DNA of 61,823 nt, the filler included, from Kipferlia bialata (Eukaryota): the NCBI GenBank assembly GCA_003568945.1. It is 3 parts of 2 records of this genome, joined end to end, with 100 filler letters (N's around TTAATTAATTAA, not from the genome) between each part and the next. Parts side by side here need not be neighbours in the genome. Positions count along the whole stretch, not along the records: positions 31,693 to 50,218 come from BDIP01000106.1; positions 50,319 to 61,823 come from BDIP01000106.1; 1 more part is not named here. One strand, 5' to 3'. Each line of letters opens with the position of its first letter. The first letter of the stretch is position 1. Under the pieces are notes generated by a model. It was not told where the DNA came from. It searched no databases and saw nothing but the letters and a program-made list of their open reading frames with translations. The position numbers and the translations under genes were made by a program. This document shows positions 37,034-50,853 of this stretch, piece after piece.

Positions 37034-40000
37034 CTAGTCAACGCAATATGAACGCCAAATGTCTCCCTTAGCTTTGTCTTGGGCAGACTGAGCGTGCTGG
37101 TCGGCCCTGCGACGCTTGCGCGTCCGGCGGGACATGGTATTGTCTATCCTTTCCTGGATGTCCAGGGACATGGGGTTTCCATCAAGAGGCAGCTGAAGTG
37201 AATAGAGACCGCTAAGAAGAATGTATGCGATCACCATATCTTGAAGTGTGGCACCGGAGAAACAATTACAAACACAACGGGTCAGCAAAGGGGCTTCTCG
37301 GAAAGAAGTTCTTCCCTACCTCCCGTAGGGCATTCATTGTCGCGAGACTCTTGCGGATGGCCTCTCCTCCCTCGTCTCCTATGTTGTTGCTTCCCAGGCA
37401 CAACTGAGTATTGGGTATATAGGAAGAGGTAGGGAGTGTACTATTGTAGCAGGAGCCTTCAGGGAACGTACCTTCTCAAGTAGAGGCACATCCCTGCGAG
37501 CTTCGATGATGGCTTGGACTCCTGGGTTTCCGATGCAATTGTGGTCCAGAATGAGCTAAGAGTAAGACATATTCAGACTGATGCCGCATCACACAACTGT
37601 CCAGAGTAGAGAAGAAGGTGTGTACCACAAAACCGGTGACGTTCAATGAACGGGTCATACCTCTGTCAGCAGAGGTACGAGCCACAGGCGACTTGCGATA
37701 TCCCTTGCTCCGGCGTCTCCAATCCCCTTGTCCTCACAGTCTTTGACTCCCTTCAGACACAGCTAGAGTGAGACGAGGAGCAGGTTATATCACCGACCAC
37801 AAGAGTACACACAACACAAATGCAAGCCAACCTTCTTGAGCCTCGGCCAGCACGCAAGACCTTTACCAATAAGCTGTGCCGCATCATCGCGAACTGTACA
37901 ATCCACGATCATTAGCTTGTGTAAAGACTCACAACTACACGAGAAGAGTCACTGAAGGCTAACACCTTGTTGCGGTCTTACACCGTCTGTCAAAGAGATT
38001 GACCTGTTACCAACAAGTCCCTACATACCTCCTCTAGTGAGCGAGCGTCACTGACACTCACCAACACAGCTATGGCCCCCTCCGGTCTCATGTCACCACA
38101 GAGGTGGATCTGAGGTCAGCGGTGCGGACGAGTACTGATGTAGTGCCATCGGAGGTCAAAGAGAATGGCCATGTAGATGGCTACATTGAATGTACCTTCT
38201 CTAACCTCTTGGTAACCTTCAGGCCCTTTGCCAAGGACATGGCGCCAGCTGGGCCGAAATCACACATGTCAATATAGAGCTGCGGTGAAAGTACTATAAA
38301 ACATGTATAGATAATACATGTATATACAATATATAATACATATAATATCCAGACAATGAAAAGATGATTTGTCTCTATACGTGGGACTGTTAGAGCACGG
38401 GGATAGACACCTCTTGTATACCTCAGTTAGAGAGCGCAGGGAGTTGAGCGACTTTCCCAGCGCTGATACTTCCCGGTCTCCAAGTTCAAACGTCAGATGC
38501 AACTAGAGTCAATAACGGCGCAGAGAGTAGTAACACTTTCCAACCAAGAGAAGGCCAGAGTGACGCTGTTCTATAAGAATACGTATTCCTTCATGGATTT
38601 TCCATGACATATAGAAACTATTTCTGTATGATCACACCTTAGTTAGGAATGGCAGACTGGCGAACGATTCTGCCAGCGCAAGCGCTCCCACACCAGTCAG
38701 AGAGTCCAGACACAAGCTCAGCTGGGTGAGAGGAGACAACTCTTCGTACTTCATCCGCCATAGCAGAATACATACATAAGTATGAATTCATATACATATT
38801 TTCATACATATAGCTATATATACCTTGCGTAGTGAGGTAGCACCAGAGAGGGCGCCTGCAATGGCCGCGGCACCTGCATCAGTGACGGACTCATCTACCA
38901 GAGCGAACTGGAAAGTGAGATCGAGGTTTGTAGTATGGTGGAGGTAGTACATACACTCATAATGCTACTACACACCTATCTGCAGCTTCCTGAAACAAAT
39001 ACCAAGTTTGTAGCACACTCGACCCTCACCTCCCTAAATGGCTTCTGGCTAAGGGCACCCGCAAGAGCCTCGGCACCTGTGTCACCGATGTAACAATCTG
39101 TCAGGCAGAGCTGAGGTGAAACATGACACAGAAGAATCGCAAGAGTGTGTCCAAAACGCAATCGGTATAAACCTGTTCCAGGAAAGTAACAGAAGGGATC
39201 ACATCTGCCAGCGCCTGAGCTCCATCTGGGCCTAGGCGGCCACTAACGCCGAACTAGGATGAGGTTATGTATCCATAGACTCCGGGGGTTACATGACTAT
39301 ATATGGGGGAATATATTACAATAATATATAGTTACTCTACGTACAGCCATTATGTTCTTCAATTTTGGGAGACCTCGGATGACATGCAGAGTTCCGGCAT
39401 CTCCAAGACCCGTTACATCTAGATCGAACTGTGTTGGTCGGAGAAGCAAGCCCATATTTAAACAATATTCGAAAAGGAACAGTATAGAGTATATATATAC
39501 TATGAGTCACATACGTGTCTAAGCGAGGGCAGTAAGTTGAAAAGTGCGGTCAGGTCCCGTGCACTACCGGCTCCAAATGTCTGATGGACCAGGGATATCT
39601 GATCTGTTAGGCATGATGATCGGCCAATGGCGGAATAACATACTATTGTAGTAGTACTATCATATGAGAGGTAGGGTACCGCAGCTTACTGCGGCAGAAT
39701 ACCTTGGTGGGTTTGGTCGTATAGAATAGTTGCCTGAACCAACAATGCTTGCTCTGACACTCCTCAAGGAAATTGCAGAGAAGTGTCTGGAGTCAGAACC
39801 AGATATGACAAGTATGTGCAAGAATAGACCAAATACACATACAAGTACGGTAGGGTCCACCCTCAGTCTCCGGTTCGTCTCAGACTCCTCTGCGTCCACT
39901 TTCTCTCTCTCTCCCTCTCTTCCTGCCATTGACTGATTTCCATCAGTCTCCTGACCTTGCGGCCCATCAGCGATGTCGATGTCTCTCTCTCTCCCCCCCT

Positions 40001-40679
40001 GTCTCTCAGCATCACAGGACACTGCCGTCTCTCCCTCTCTGTCTGTCTCTGTCAATCTAGTTGCATCTATGACTGGAGTTAGAGCATCCATCCGCTGCTC
40101 GAGGGTCTGGATCCTCTCTCTCTGTGAGATCTCCCTCCGCCCAGCAGTGTACAGATCCTGCGCCATCTGACCCATGAGAGCACCACACTCTCTCAGGCGC
40201 CCTGAGTCCTCCTGAGTGTATATCCAGGTTGCTAGGTCATTGACACTGTCTCTGTGGGCGACTGCCTTCTCGGCCATAGGTACGCCATCGTCCCCTCCCT
40301 CTCCCTCCTCCTTCACGGGGACAAGTAGGGGAAGGTCATCACGCTCCTTGAGGGGAGGGAATCCCTCGACCTTGACCTGGGTCTCGAGTACTCCCTCTCT
40401 ATCCCTCCCCTCCCCCTCCCCCTCCTCCTTCACTCTGACCCCAGTGGCTAGGTCAACCCTCTCGCTTAGGTATGGGAGCACCTCTTGCTTGACCTGGGTT
40501 GACCTTGGTTGACCTTGGTTGACCTGGACAGTAGGGTCTACATTGACACTAGAAGGGACAAGAGTGGACTCAGTGGGAGCTCCCCCTCCCTCCTGCCTCC
40601 TCTTGGGAGGCCTCTCATCTCTCTCCCTCTCCCCACCCTCCCCCTCTCTAGTGGGTCTCTTACGTGCAGTCTCTGACAT
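37034..40679 (-). CDS. Ribonuclease-inhibitor-type leucine-rich repeat protein with charged N-terminal region
   Basis: Long first coding exon (ORF 39660-40679), then more than 10 phase-0 exons each coding one repeat, mostly 27-28 aa, e.g. LCLTDCYIGDTGAEALAGALSQKPFRE, LILDHNCIGNPGVQAIIEARRDVPLLEK, LCLGSNNIGDEGGEAIRKSLATMNALRE; last exon ends ..RSYCVD* at 37034. Confidence 0.85.
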
Positions 40680-41538
40680 GTAAGTGCCTGGAATGAGCAG
40701 TGAATAGAAGGAGGAGGGGGGATGATGGGTGGGGGGGGGGAGAGAAAGGGGGGAGAAGACTCACGGGTGCAATAACATAATCTAGAGGGACTAGCCATTG
40801 ACATAATGAGGGGAGTATACCTCAGAAAGAGAGATCATATCTACAGGAGGAGAGATAGCATATATGAGATGACATAAAGAAAGGGTGGGAGGTATATGCC
40901 CACACGTTTACACACATAAACTAGGCACCAGGATATACCAGCCCTCAACTATGAGTACTGACAGTAATCAGGGGTACAGCGAGAGAACGAGAGAAAGAGT
41001 CACTATATACCCAAATACGTAGTGGGAAGAGTCTCTATAGTATATAACAAGCAGCCTCTATAACACCTCTGAAACCAGATGTGCATGTATAATCAGCCAC
41101 AGTGTATATAATGTATAACAACAAGTCGGAGGTCTGGTATATATGGATATAGTTCTAGTCACGAATTAGATATCACTTTGGACACTATCCAAGCTAAGTC
41201 CAGTGCGTCTCCGCTGCTCTATCGCTACCCCCATGATATATAGGTTACTATACACACTCCCAGTGGTATTTACAGTCTCTGACCTGATAGTCCTTCACAG
41301 ATGCACAAGTAAACAGTGGTAGAAGGAGGCCTACGATAGCATATCTGGATGAAAAACGAGAAAAGGGTCTGGCAACCAAGTCCCTTTCAGGCTTGCACTG
41401 AACCATTTCTTTTCAGAGGCATCCCTCAGTATAGCTTGCTGTCCACGAACTCCATCCAGGTTTGGCCCGACCGTAGTATATATAGTGTATTAGATAGCGG
41501 ACTGAGACTTCTGTGCACTCTGTCATGTGGAGGAGCGG

Positions 41539-41582
<44 letters not shown>

Positions 41583-41762
41583 TCACATAGGTACTGATGA
41601 CAATACGGATCCTGGGGGTAAGGATATACACACATAGACACATAGAGAGAGAGTAGGGTGATCACAACACGGATCCTGGGTAAGCGTATACATAGATTGG
41701 GAGAGAAGGGGGGTAATCACATGGACACTGATCATGTGGGGTCTATACGCATATAGGTGCAC

Positions 41763-42441
41763 CTGTGCCCCATCTGGTCCTCGAACTGGTCTGGGGGTGG
41801 CACCACAGTGCCATGGTCGGTGGGGATACCCCTGGGGTCCACCTTGGCAGGCCGGGACTGGGGTGAGACACTAAGTAGGCATATAGATACACATCAAGGT
41901 GATACTGATACTCTCATACTACAGACTTGGCGGTCTGGACTGGGGTCAGAGCAAGGACTGTGTTGTAACATACGGCCAAGTAACAACGGTAACTAGCCCT
42001 GGAGCCAAAATACAGATAGCAGCGTCCCACTGAGACTGACACATGTAGATGCAACATGACTAGTATATGTATACTTACCGGAATGCTAGATGGGATCCTT
42101 GAGTTCCGGGGCTCAGGCTCCTCCCTGTAGCTCTCTCTCTCCCTCTCCCTCTCCCTGTGCTCTGGGACTGGTGCCTCTCTCTCCCTCTCCCTAGGCTTCA
42201 CAGGGGACACCTCAACCTCACGTGGGATCACAGGCCGAGACTCAGAGGGCTGCTTCATCTCCTCCTTCAGCGCAGAGACCAACCGGAACAGCTTCTGCTT
42301 GTCTGACAGCTTCGTCACACCGAGACTGGCATAGTCCTGGATCGTAATGGCGATGAACTCCTCCTCTGATATCTTCTGGACCTCAAAGTTGGGGTAAAAG
42401 GCCTCCAGACCGGCTGAAACTAGCCAATCGTACACACCCAT
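41763..42441 (-). CDS. N-terminus (SAM domain + linker) of a kinesin-13 (KIF24/Giardia-type); motor domain missing
   Basis: MGVYDWLVSAGLEAFYPNFEVQKISEEEFIAITIQDYASLGVTKLSDKQKLFRLVSALK is a SAM domain closely resembling the recalled Giardia kinesin-13 N-terminus; a downstream exon ends ..FEDQMGHR and is followed by acceptor+IRVVI fragments, the start of the motor RIRVVIRKRP motif. Confidence 0.7.
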
Positions 42442-42744
42442 ATTGTAATTATGACAGTAAGGAAGTGGACGAGCACACAGGCCTCTGTAAACAGGCTCGG
42501 ACGAGTCAAGTTCTGATAGAAGTTGACTCTAGCCCCTTATGTTGTGATACTCAAAAAGTCTGGCGTCTTGAGCCTTATTCGCGTATCTCATATCCAAGCA
42601 GGAGTTTGCCTTGACTGAAGTGTTTCGAATAGAGAGGGAGCTCTGCAACACTCCAACTTCTGAAATATGCCCCACAGCCGTATCGCTGTCACAACTGCGA
42701 ACTGTGGCAAAGGTCCACCGTACTTCAGTCCTCTATTCATCTAT

Positions 42745-43589
42745 TCAATCGTCCTTCCTGGCGTTCCCATATGGGTTGTGTGGAGGTGTGCTTGCCTCCT
42801 CTGCGATGCCCTCTGACATACCCTCTGGGGAGTGTGCATCAGGGGAGGCAGAGAGAGAGAGAGAGGCGGGGGTGGGGGAGGGGGAGGCAGACACGGACTC
42901 CTCAGCCTCAACCTCATCAACCTCTACCTCGCACACTGGTATGTGGGGCATTCTGAGTGACTCTGCGACTCTCTCTCTGCCACTCTTGATGAGTGACTCC
43001 CTCCACTCCCCTAGCAGTCTCTCTGTCTGCCCCTCTACACCCTTATGCCCCCTGGCAAACATGGCGGCATGGGCCTCCTGCCCACTCTGCTCCATCACAC
43101 GCAGACAGCCGGGGGCATCGCCTGGGGGTGAGTGTATGGGTATACTAAACAGTATATATCTATATCTACTATATGTATAAAATGCATATACCCCACCTAT
43201 CTGATACAAGCAGAGGAATGCTATGTTGTATGCCCCCTCTGCCCATATATAGACTATTTTCCATATATTCTATATATACCATACATACTATACCATATAC
43301 AAACTATATACCCACCTGTCTGATAGAGACATAGGAATGCTATGTTGTATGCCCCCTCCTCCTCTGCCTGTGAGGCCAGGTGGGTCAGACCGTCAGTGTC
43401 CTCAGTCACACTCAGGATGGTCAGGGCGCTGCCATAGTCCTGGGGTTAGTAAACATAGATCCACTAAACCCATAGTCCTGGGGTTGATGTATATAGATAG
43501 AGAGGGAGTGTGTCTGTGTGTGTGAGAGAGAATGACAACTCAGGATGGTCAGGGCGCTGCCATAGTCCTACAGTGAGGTATATATGTAT

Positions 43590-43631
<42 letters not shown>

Positions 43632-46600
43632 TCATATCACTCAGGATGGTCAGGGCGCTTCCATAGTCCTGGGGTTGTTGTATAGATATATATATATATA
43701 GTCACTATTTATAAACACCAACCTTAGTTGCTATGTAGCACTGCACCGCCACCCCATCGATATATATACAATATACAAAACAGTACAGTATACATATCTG
43801 TATTAACATGTTCCACTAACCTTTGTGGCTATGTAGCACTGCACCGCCACCCCCATGGCCCCGTGGTCCAGGGCACGCTTGGCAAGGGTAGGGTAGGAGC
43901 CTGGGGGTAAGGAAGTGGGGGAGTGAGCGCCAGTACATGTACTGTATACACATATATATATATAATACACACCTGTGAGCCCCTCTGTCTGCAGCAGTGC
44001 CAGGGCATCAGAGTATCTGTGGAGCTGACTCAGCAGACTGAGACCCAGGGCGGGGGAGGGGCTGAGAGCCAGGGCCTGAGGTCAGGTAGAGTATGGATTC
44101 ACTCGCATAATAGATATATACCACCCTGTACAATATACATCACCATGCCTCCGTCGGCATGTCCCTCTCCTGTATGTACTGTGCCACTCATATACCATAC
44201 CATACACTATACATATACATATATATATAAGAATAGGATACACACCTCTGCGAGCATGCCCCTGTCCTGCATGTACTGTGCCACCTGGTCCCTCACTGAG
44301 ACAGTCTCAGAGGACACGAGGGTGGAGGCCTCACTAATCTGGGGGTCAGAGAGAGGAGAGGGAGGGAGGGAGAGAGATATGACGCCTCACAGAACTAGTA
44401 GTAAGGAGGGCACATGCACACACTTTCAAGATATCACATGAACATCCCCTACCTTCCCGCCCTCAATCAGTGAGTATGCCTGCATCTGCCTTCCATTCAC
44501 AGACACAGTGGTCACAGAGCCATCCTTGGCAAGAAGCACACACCTGGGGTGAGGGATATATGTATGTATGCACATACATACTGTATACTGCACACCCACC
44601 TGTCCTGGCAGAACCCGAGCAGCGTGTCCTCTGCCTTGACCCCCCTCCTCACTGTGTGCCTATCCACATACTCCTCTGCGTCGTGCATCCTCTGGGCATA
44701 CTCAGGCACCACATGGTGCAGACCCCCAGTCGATGCATCGATGAAGTGCAGCACCCCGTGGAACCATGCCGCACTGGAGACAGCGTAGGGCAAGGCAGCC
44801 ACCAGCTCGAGTGCCCCCTCCACCCCCTCCTCCCCCACATCCTCACCCTTGGCCGTGGCAGAGGCTATCACGCCCAGGTCACTCTGCATGATGTAGGTGG
44901 TGTCCTCGGTGGATATGGACAGGAGGGGGGTCCTGGGGGAGAAGACTACGCCCTCAGCCACAACGTTGATCTGCTGCACAAAGGCGCCCTGGGTCAGGGT
45001 ATTTATGTAATGGATGCAAACACACTTGTGATCACGAGCTGATGTAGGTTATATAATCAATCGTAGTATCGTAGACCCCTTACACAATATTCTTCTAGTA
45101 CAGCACTCCCTACCTGCCACGTGAAGAAGTCCAAGAAGTCTGGTCCCCTGACACACAGGAGAGGGCCACCAAAGACAGCCTGGGGTGAGGTATATACAAT
45201 AGTGATAGATGTACAAACACACATACACTCATACACAGTATAGAGGGGGCCGCCAAAGACAGCCTGGTGGAAGACAAGAACAGTAGAGAGAGAGAGATAC
45301 AATATAATCCACCCTCTTATATCCCTACCTCAGCTGGATAGTCGAGTGCCAGCTGCTGTGCTGTGTCTGGGGATGCCCCTGTGAGTATGGACACAGACCC
45401 TCCCTCAAGCACAGCCAGGTCCTGGTGCTTGGGGTCATGCCTGGGGGGTGAGGGATATACACGATAGTACACATATATATAGTATAATTACTTGTATAAC
45501 ATATATACACATATATAATAATATATACAGCAAGGTCCTGGTGCTTGGGGTCATGCCTGGGGGTGAGGGTACATGGATATCTGTACACAACTACAATGTG
45601 GTTCAATATAAACATGGACTATGTATGTTGCCATATGGCCAGACCCACGTACATGGGTGATACTTACAAACAACTCTATGTAATGTGTGTGGGTACCTCC
45701 TGCCTCTGCTGCCCTGCCATGATACCCTCCGCACTACAGTATAGACATACTAACACTGTATATATATACACACACTATATATACATACATATCCATACCT
45801 CCACGCTGTCTGCTGTCCTGCGATGTACCCCTTCTGCATATACACACACTCTCTCTCCCCCCTATTATATATATATATATATATATATCAGTGTACACAC
45901 CTCCATGCTGTCTGCTGCCCTGCCATGTACCCCTTCTGCTTCCAGGACAGGGTGGAGTACACAACGACCTGGCGAATTAGCTATACATGGATATATATTA
46001 ATATGTCTACATATACATATATCTATATATATAGAGAGAGAGACACACATCTGGACAGGGTGGAGTACACAACAACCTGGGGGGTCAGCTATACATAGGT
46101 ATGTTGATATGTATACATACATATATATATATATATGAGTATCAGTATAGACTGACACACTCATATGGACAGGGTGGAGTACACAACTACCTGGGGGGTC
46201 CGTCATTGATGATATATATATATAAGTAGATATAAGAATAAGTATATGTATATACTGTCACACACTCATATGGACAGGGTGGAGTACACTACTACATGGG
46301 GGGTCAGTGGATACCTATGGAAGAGAAGATTCTCGAAACGGCATATTCACAAATACTGATACTAATCACATATCCACCATACCCACCTCGTTGTCATGGA
46401 CCACCGAGCACAGCCTGCCATTGGGGGACATCTCAACCTGGGGGTCAGAGTCAACATGAGTACACTATACCCTACACTACTCTATGTATATCAGTATTCT
46501 GGATACTATACATACCTGCTGCACCCCTGCCACTGACAGCTGGTCCAGGGCCCTGACAGAGTGCAGGGTGCCTGTGTCAGCGGAAGTGTCAGTATCCATC

Positions 46601-49330
46601 CATGATATATACAATATAGATACTATTCAATAGTATCAGTAGCTGCATACATATATATATGGTGTATAGTATGGACACTGACAGAGTGCATGGTACCTGT
46701 CTCCCCAGTGGGTGCAGTGCCCTTGGACCCAGGAGAGGGATGGCCGGCACCAACAAGCATGCCTAGCATGAGGGTATATATGTAGATATATATATGTATG
46801 TATGTGTCATTATATATCTAGTTTCAGGGGTGGCCGGCACCAGCTAGCATGCCTGGGGGTGAGCAGTGGAAGTGAATCATGCACATATGTGGATATGGTA
46901 TATACACATCCATACCTTGCACCAGCCCCTGCTGACTAGGGGTGATGGTGGGCTCTGCTCCCCCAGCCACAGCGGAGAGGGTGCCGGCAAACACCATGCG
47001 GCCAGTCCTAGGGGGTGAGGGGAGGGGGGGTTATGGTGAAAATACATGATCACACAGATATATATCATTATTAGTGCTCTTCCCCTACCTCTGGTCGAGT
47101 GATGCCAGTGGTCTGTCCAGGCCCAGCTGTACCACGACACACCCCGTGTCCCCACCTATCACTATCCGGTTGGAGGAGTGATCAGCCTCCACACACCACA
47201 CGCGGCCTAAGGTGAGGAGGGTAAGCGGTATATATGTAACAGTACGTGCATATACATGTATTCTAGACATAGAATGAGTGATAAGCCTCCACGCACGGCC
47301 CGGAGTGAGGGTTTATGCGTCCATATCTGATTACTACTTTACACTACATGCAAATGAACTTACCCAACTATATGTCTGCATGTCTTGTCCAACTCCATTC
47401 ACACACATATATATATATATATATATATAATCCGAGATATACTTGTAGTAATATCCAATACATACTCACCCAGCTTGTGTCTGCATGTACATATGTATAT
47501 AATTATTAATACAAATACTCACCCAGCTTGTGTCTGCATGTCTTGTCCAGGGCCAGGCCCTCCCCAGAGACAAGGCCTACCAGGCCATCCTCAGAGCCTG
47601 GGGGGTGAGGGTATATAAATAATATATCGATAGAGAGATACTATTGTGTGTATATCTACGCCCACCCATACCTGTCACCATGCACTCCATAGTAGCAACA
47701 CCAGTGGGCTGGAATATTCTGTAATCTCTATATATCCCTCTATCTCAATATCTCTTTATATATACACCCCTACCTGACACCATGCAGCCCATCCTAGCAT
47801 GGTATGCGAGGCATGTCACGTTGTCTGTGTGGACTGGGATGGTACGGAGGGCAGAGCGCGTGGCAGTGTCCCAGATCTTGACGGTCCTGAAATATGAACA
47901 TATACTAGTATAGACATGGACACATACTGATACATACATATATACATTTCTATATAGTAGAAGAACGAGTGGCTGTGTCCCTGATCTTGACGGTCCTGAT
48001 ACATAAGAACACACCTGTATACGTATACATACATATTCATACACCCACATACCTGTCATCACTGCCCGATGCCACATAGACTGTGCTGCCACTGGACAGG
48101 TAGCACACAGCGTTGCAGTCTGCAGTGTGGCCCTTGAGGGTGTAGAGGGGGCCAAACACACCCTCATTAGGGGTGTAGTGGCCGGCATACACCTGGGGGG
48201 TTAGTTGGTATCAAAATATCCAATATTCAGAATTAGTATTTGACAATACTACACAATATAACAGTACCTTCGTACTCTGCCTTGTGGGCCCTGTCTCTGT
48301 GACCCCCCACAATGTATATGTACTATTGTATAATATAATATTACACATCACTATATACTGCAGTGGTTGTACCTTCGTGCTCTGCCTCGTGGGCCCTGTC
48401 TCTGCCACCCCCCACACCTTGACCGTCCCGTCCAGTGAGGCAGAGGCCAGGGAGGCACCATCTGGACTGAGGGCTAGGGCCATGGCATACCGGGTGTGGC
48501 CCTCGTAGATGCGAAGACAGGCCTAGGGTCAGTTGGGTATATATAGGTGGGTGGATGGATAGATGGATAGAGAGAGAGAGAGAGAGAATATGACACTGCG
48601 GGTGTGGCCCTCATAGATGCGGAGGCAGGCCTGGGGTGAATAAGTGTATACACTTATACACAAACAAACAAGAGACACACCTCTGCTGTACCCTTGTTTG
48701 GTAGTCCCACCCCACTTACATAATATATACATTCAGTGTTAAATCATATGTATGTATACTGAGTATACATACACCCTACCTTTGTCTGGTAGTCCCACAC
48801 CCTGATAGTTGCGTATAACAATAATTACTCCATGTATATAATTATATATTGAAATATGAATACATATATATATACTGTTACCTTTGTCTGGTAGTCCCAC
48901 ACCCTGATGGTGGTGTCTAACAATAAAGACTCTGTACATATATTTGTATATATATATATATATATATTAATGTATGAATACATATACGGTATATACACCA
49001 TACCTTTGTCTGGTAGTCCCACACCCTTATGGTGGTGTCATCTCCACAGGACACAAGCCACTTCTGGTCAGGGAGGACAAGCAGGGCCCTGGGGATAAGC
49101 ATGGTGTATCAAATACTAAACACAAAATTAGATATGGGATATACACATAGATGCTTCTGATCAGGAAGGACAAGGAGGGCGCTGGGTTAGTTACAGATAC
49201 ACACTCACTCATACGTATACATAAAGAGGGAGATAAGAAGGACACATAAACCGTACCGGATGTAGTCTGTGTGTGCCTGCCACATGCCCACCCTGGCCTC
49301 GGTGGAGTAGTCATACAGCCTGGGGTTAGA

Positions 49331-49371
<41 letters not shown>

Positions 49372-49998
49372 GGTATACATATACACTCCATACCATAGGT
49401 CATAACACTAAATTCTACACAATACTGGTATGATAATGAAAGTCAAGAGTATATCTATCCACCCCTACCTAATAGTACCAGTCGTCACAAGACACAAATA
49501 GAATATGTACTTCTATACACAGTAGTATCCAGCATATAATACATCTATCTCTACCCTCCATACCTGATGTATCCATCGTCACTGCCAACAGCCAGGGTGT
49601 CTGTGCCGGGGATGAACCTGGGGTGAGTATATACATATAGAGAATGTATCTGAATATATGATTATATGTAAGTCTGTACCGGGTCAAGGTGTCAGAGAGG
49701 GGTATGTGTACATGCACTGATGGCAGCTATTCAGACTCCAGCCCATACCTCACTCTGACTTGGTACACAGTCATATACATTTACATATATATACTCCTAT
49801 ACCCATACCTCACTGCCCTGATTGGATAGACTGCCATATGATAGGTGTACATATCTACCTACACAAATGAATATTTACCTATATATAAATATATATACAT
49901 ACATGTTTGTCCCTACCTCACTGCCCTGATTGGGTATACTGTCACGTCCAGCTGCTTGGCAACCAGACCAGTCGACACATCGTAGATCACAACATCAC
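42745..49998 (-). CDS. COPB2: Coatomer subunit beta-prime (WD40 + coatomer WD-associated region); extreme N-terminus beyond linker
   Basis: Exons GDVVIYDVSTGLVAKQLDVTVYPIRAVR / FIPGTDTLAVGSDDGYIR / LYDYSTEARVGMWQAHTDYIR / ..SCGDDTTIRVWD.. / YEGHTRYAMALAL..ASASLDGTVKVW / YTLKGHTADCNAVCY..ASGSDDR / RVWCVEADHSSNRIVIGGDTGCVVVQLGLDRPLASLD match Sec27/beta-prime-COP order; stop at 42745. Confidence 0.9.
48690..49040 (-). repeat. Four copies of exon end + 5' splice site (..IRVWDYQTK|GT) in COPB2
   Basis: cctttgtctggtagtcccacaccc at ~49003 (functional), ~48881 and ~48779, plus a degenerate copy at ~48691. Confidence 0.9.
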
Positions 49999-50218
49999 CT
50001 GGGGGTCAGTACATATAACATATATATACTATATATATCAGTATATACATCTGGAGCATAGATCACAACATCACCTAAGTGAGGTAGGCAGTGTATATAT
50101 ATATATGTACATAGTGAATACAGTGTATATATATATACAGTGGGTACATCAGAGTCATATATCACAACATCACCTGGGTGAGGGGGGGGGGGGGGGCATA
50201 GCTGAAATATCAAAATAC

Positions 50219-50318
50219 NNNNNNNNNNNNNNNNNNNNNNNNNNNNNNNNNNNNNNNNNNNNTTAATTAATTAANNNNNNNNNNNNNNNNNNNNNNNNNN
50301 NNNNNNNNNNNNNNNNNN
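50219..50318. other. Artificial contig-joining linker (44 N + TTAATTAATTAA + 44 N)
   Basis: Same structure as the linker at 31593. Confidence 0.95.
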
Positions 50319-50853
50319 CCAAGGCTTTTTTTTTAATATTCCTCCCCCCCCCCCCCCCCCCAGCCTCACTTCATATATTATTGTGTATACACTTCTATTG
50401 GAGTATGTCTGTATTCCCTAGTCCTCCTATACACCCCTCTGTCTATCCATTCATCCGTTGACCTAGTTGGTGTATTTGCTTCTAACATTGTTGCCACTCT
50501 TCTTTCCCCTCCTTACTACTTTCCTCTAGGACAAGAGAACAATAGGTCATGTAGTATTGGGAATAGTTAGTATATATATGGTACATACCCTTTCAGACCA
50601 TTTGGAAACTATCACGACACTATATGGGTGACATAGGTGTATCGGCGGAGTTCATTCATCTGTATTTTTGTATTGCCACAATTTGATAATGATAAGAATA
50701 GTTGAGCTGGATATGTGATTTTCGGTTCGTATGTTTGAGTTCAGAGAGTAAAGTGAATGTATCTGTTATACATTGGGTGTATATCATATCATTTATATCA
50801 ATATTAACTAATAGCAACTTGTATGTAGTATGTGTGAAATATTGTAACCCCAG

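Noticed and set aside
41413..41520. Exon-like segment ECTEVSVRYLIHYIYYGRAKPGWSSWTASYTEGCL as continuation of kinesin-13
   Set aside because: No kinesin similarity in any frame; may be the last exon of an unrelated gene, too little support to call.
45945..46300. Direct repeats with unique spacers as a CRISPR array
   Set aside because: Repeats are copies of a coding exon start in a eukaryotic gene; spacers are variable-length AT-rich intron sequence; no cas genes.
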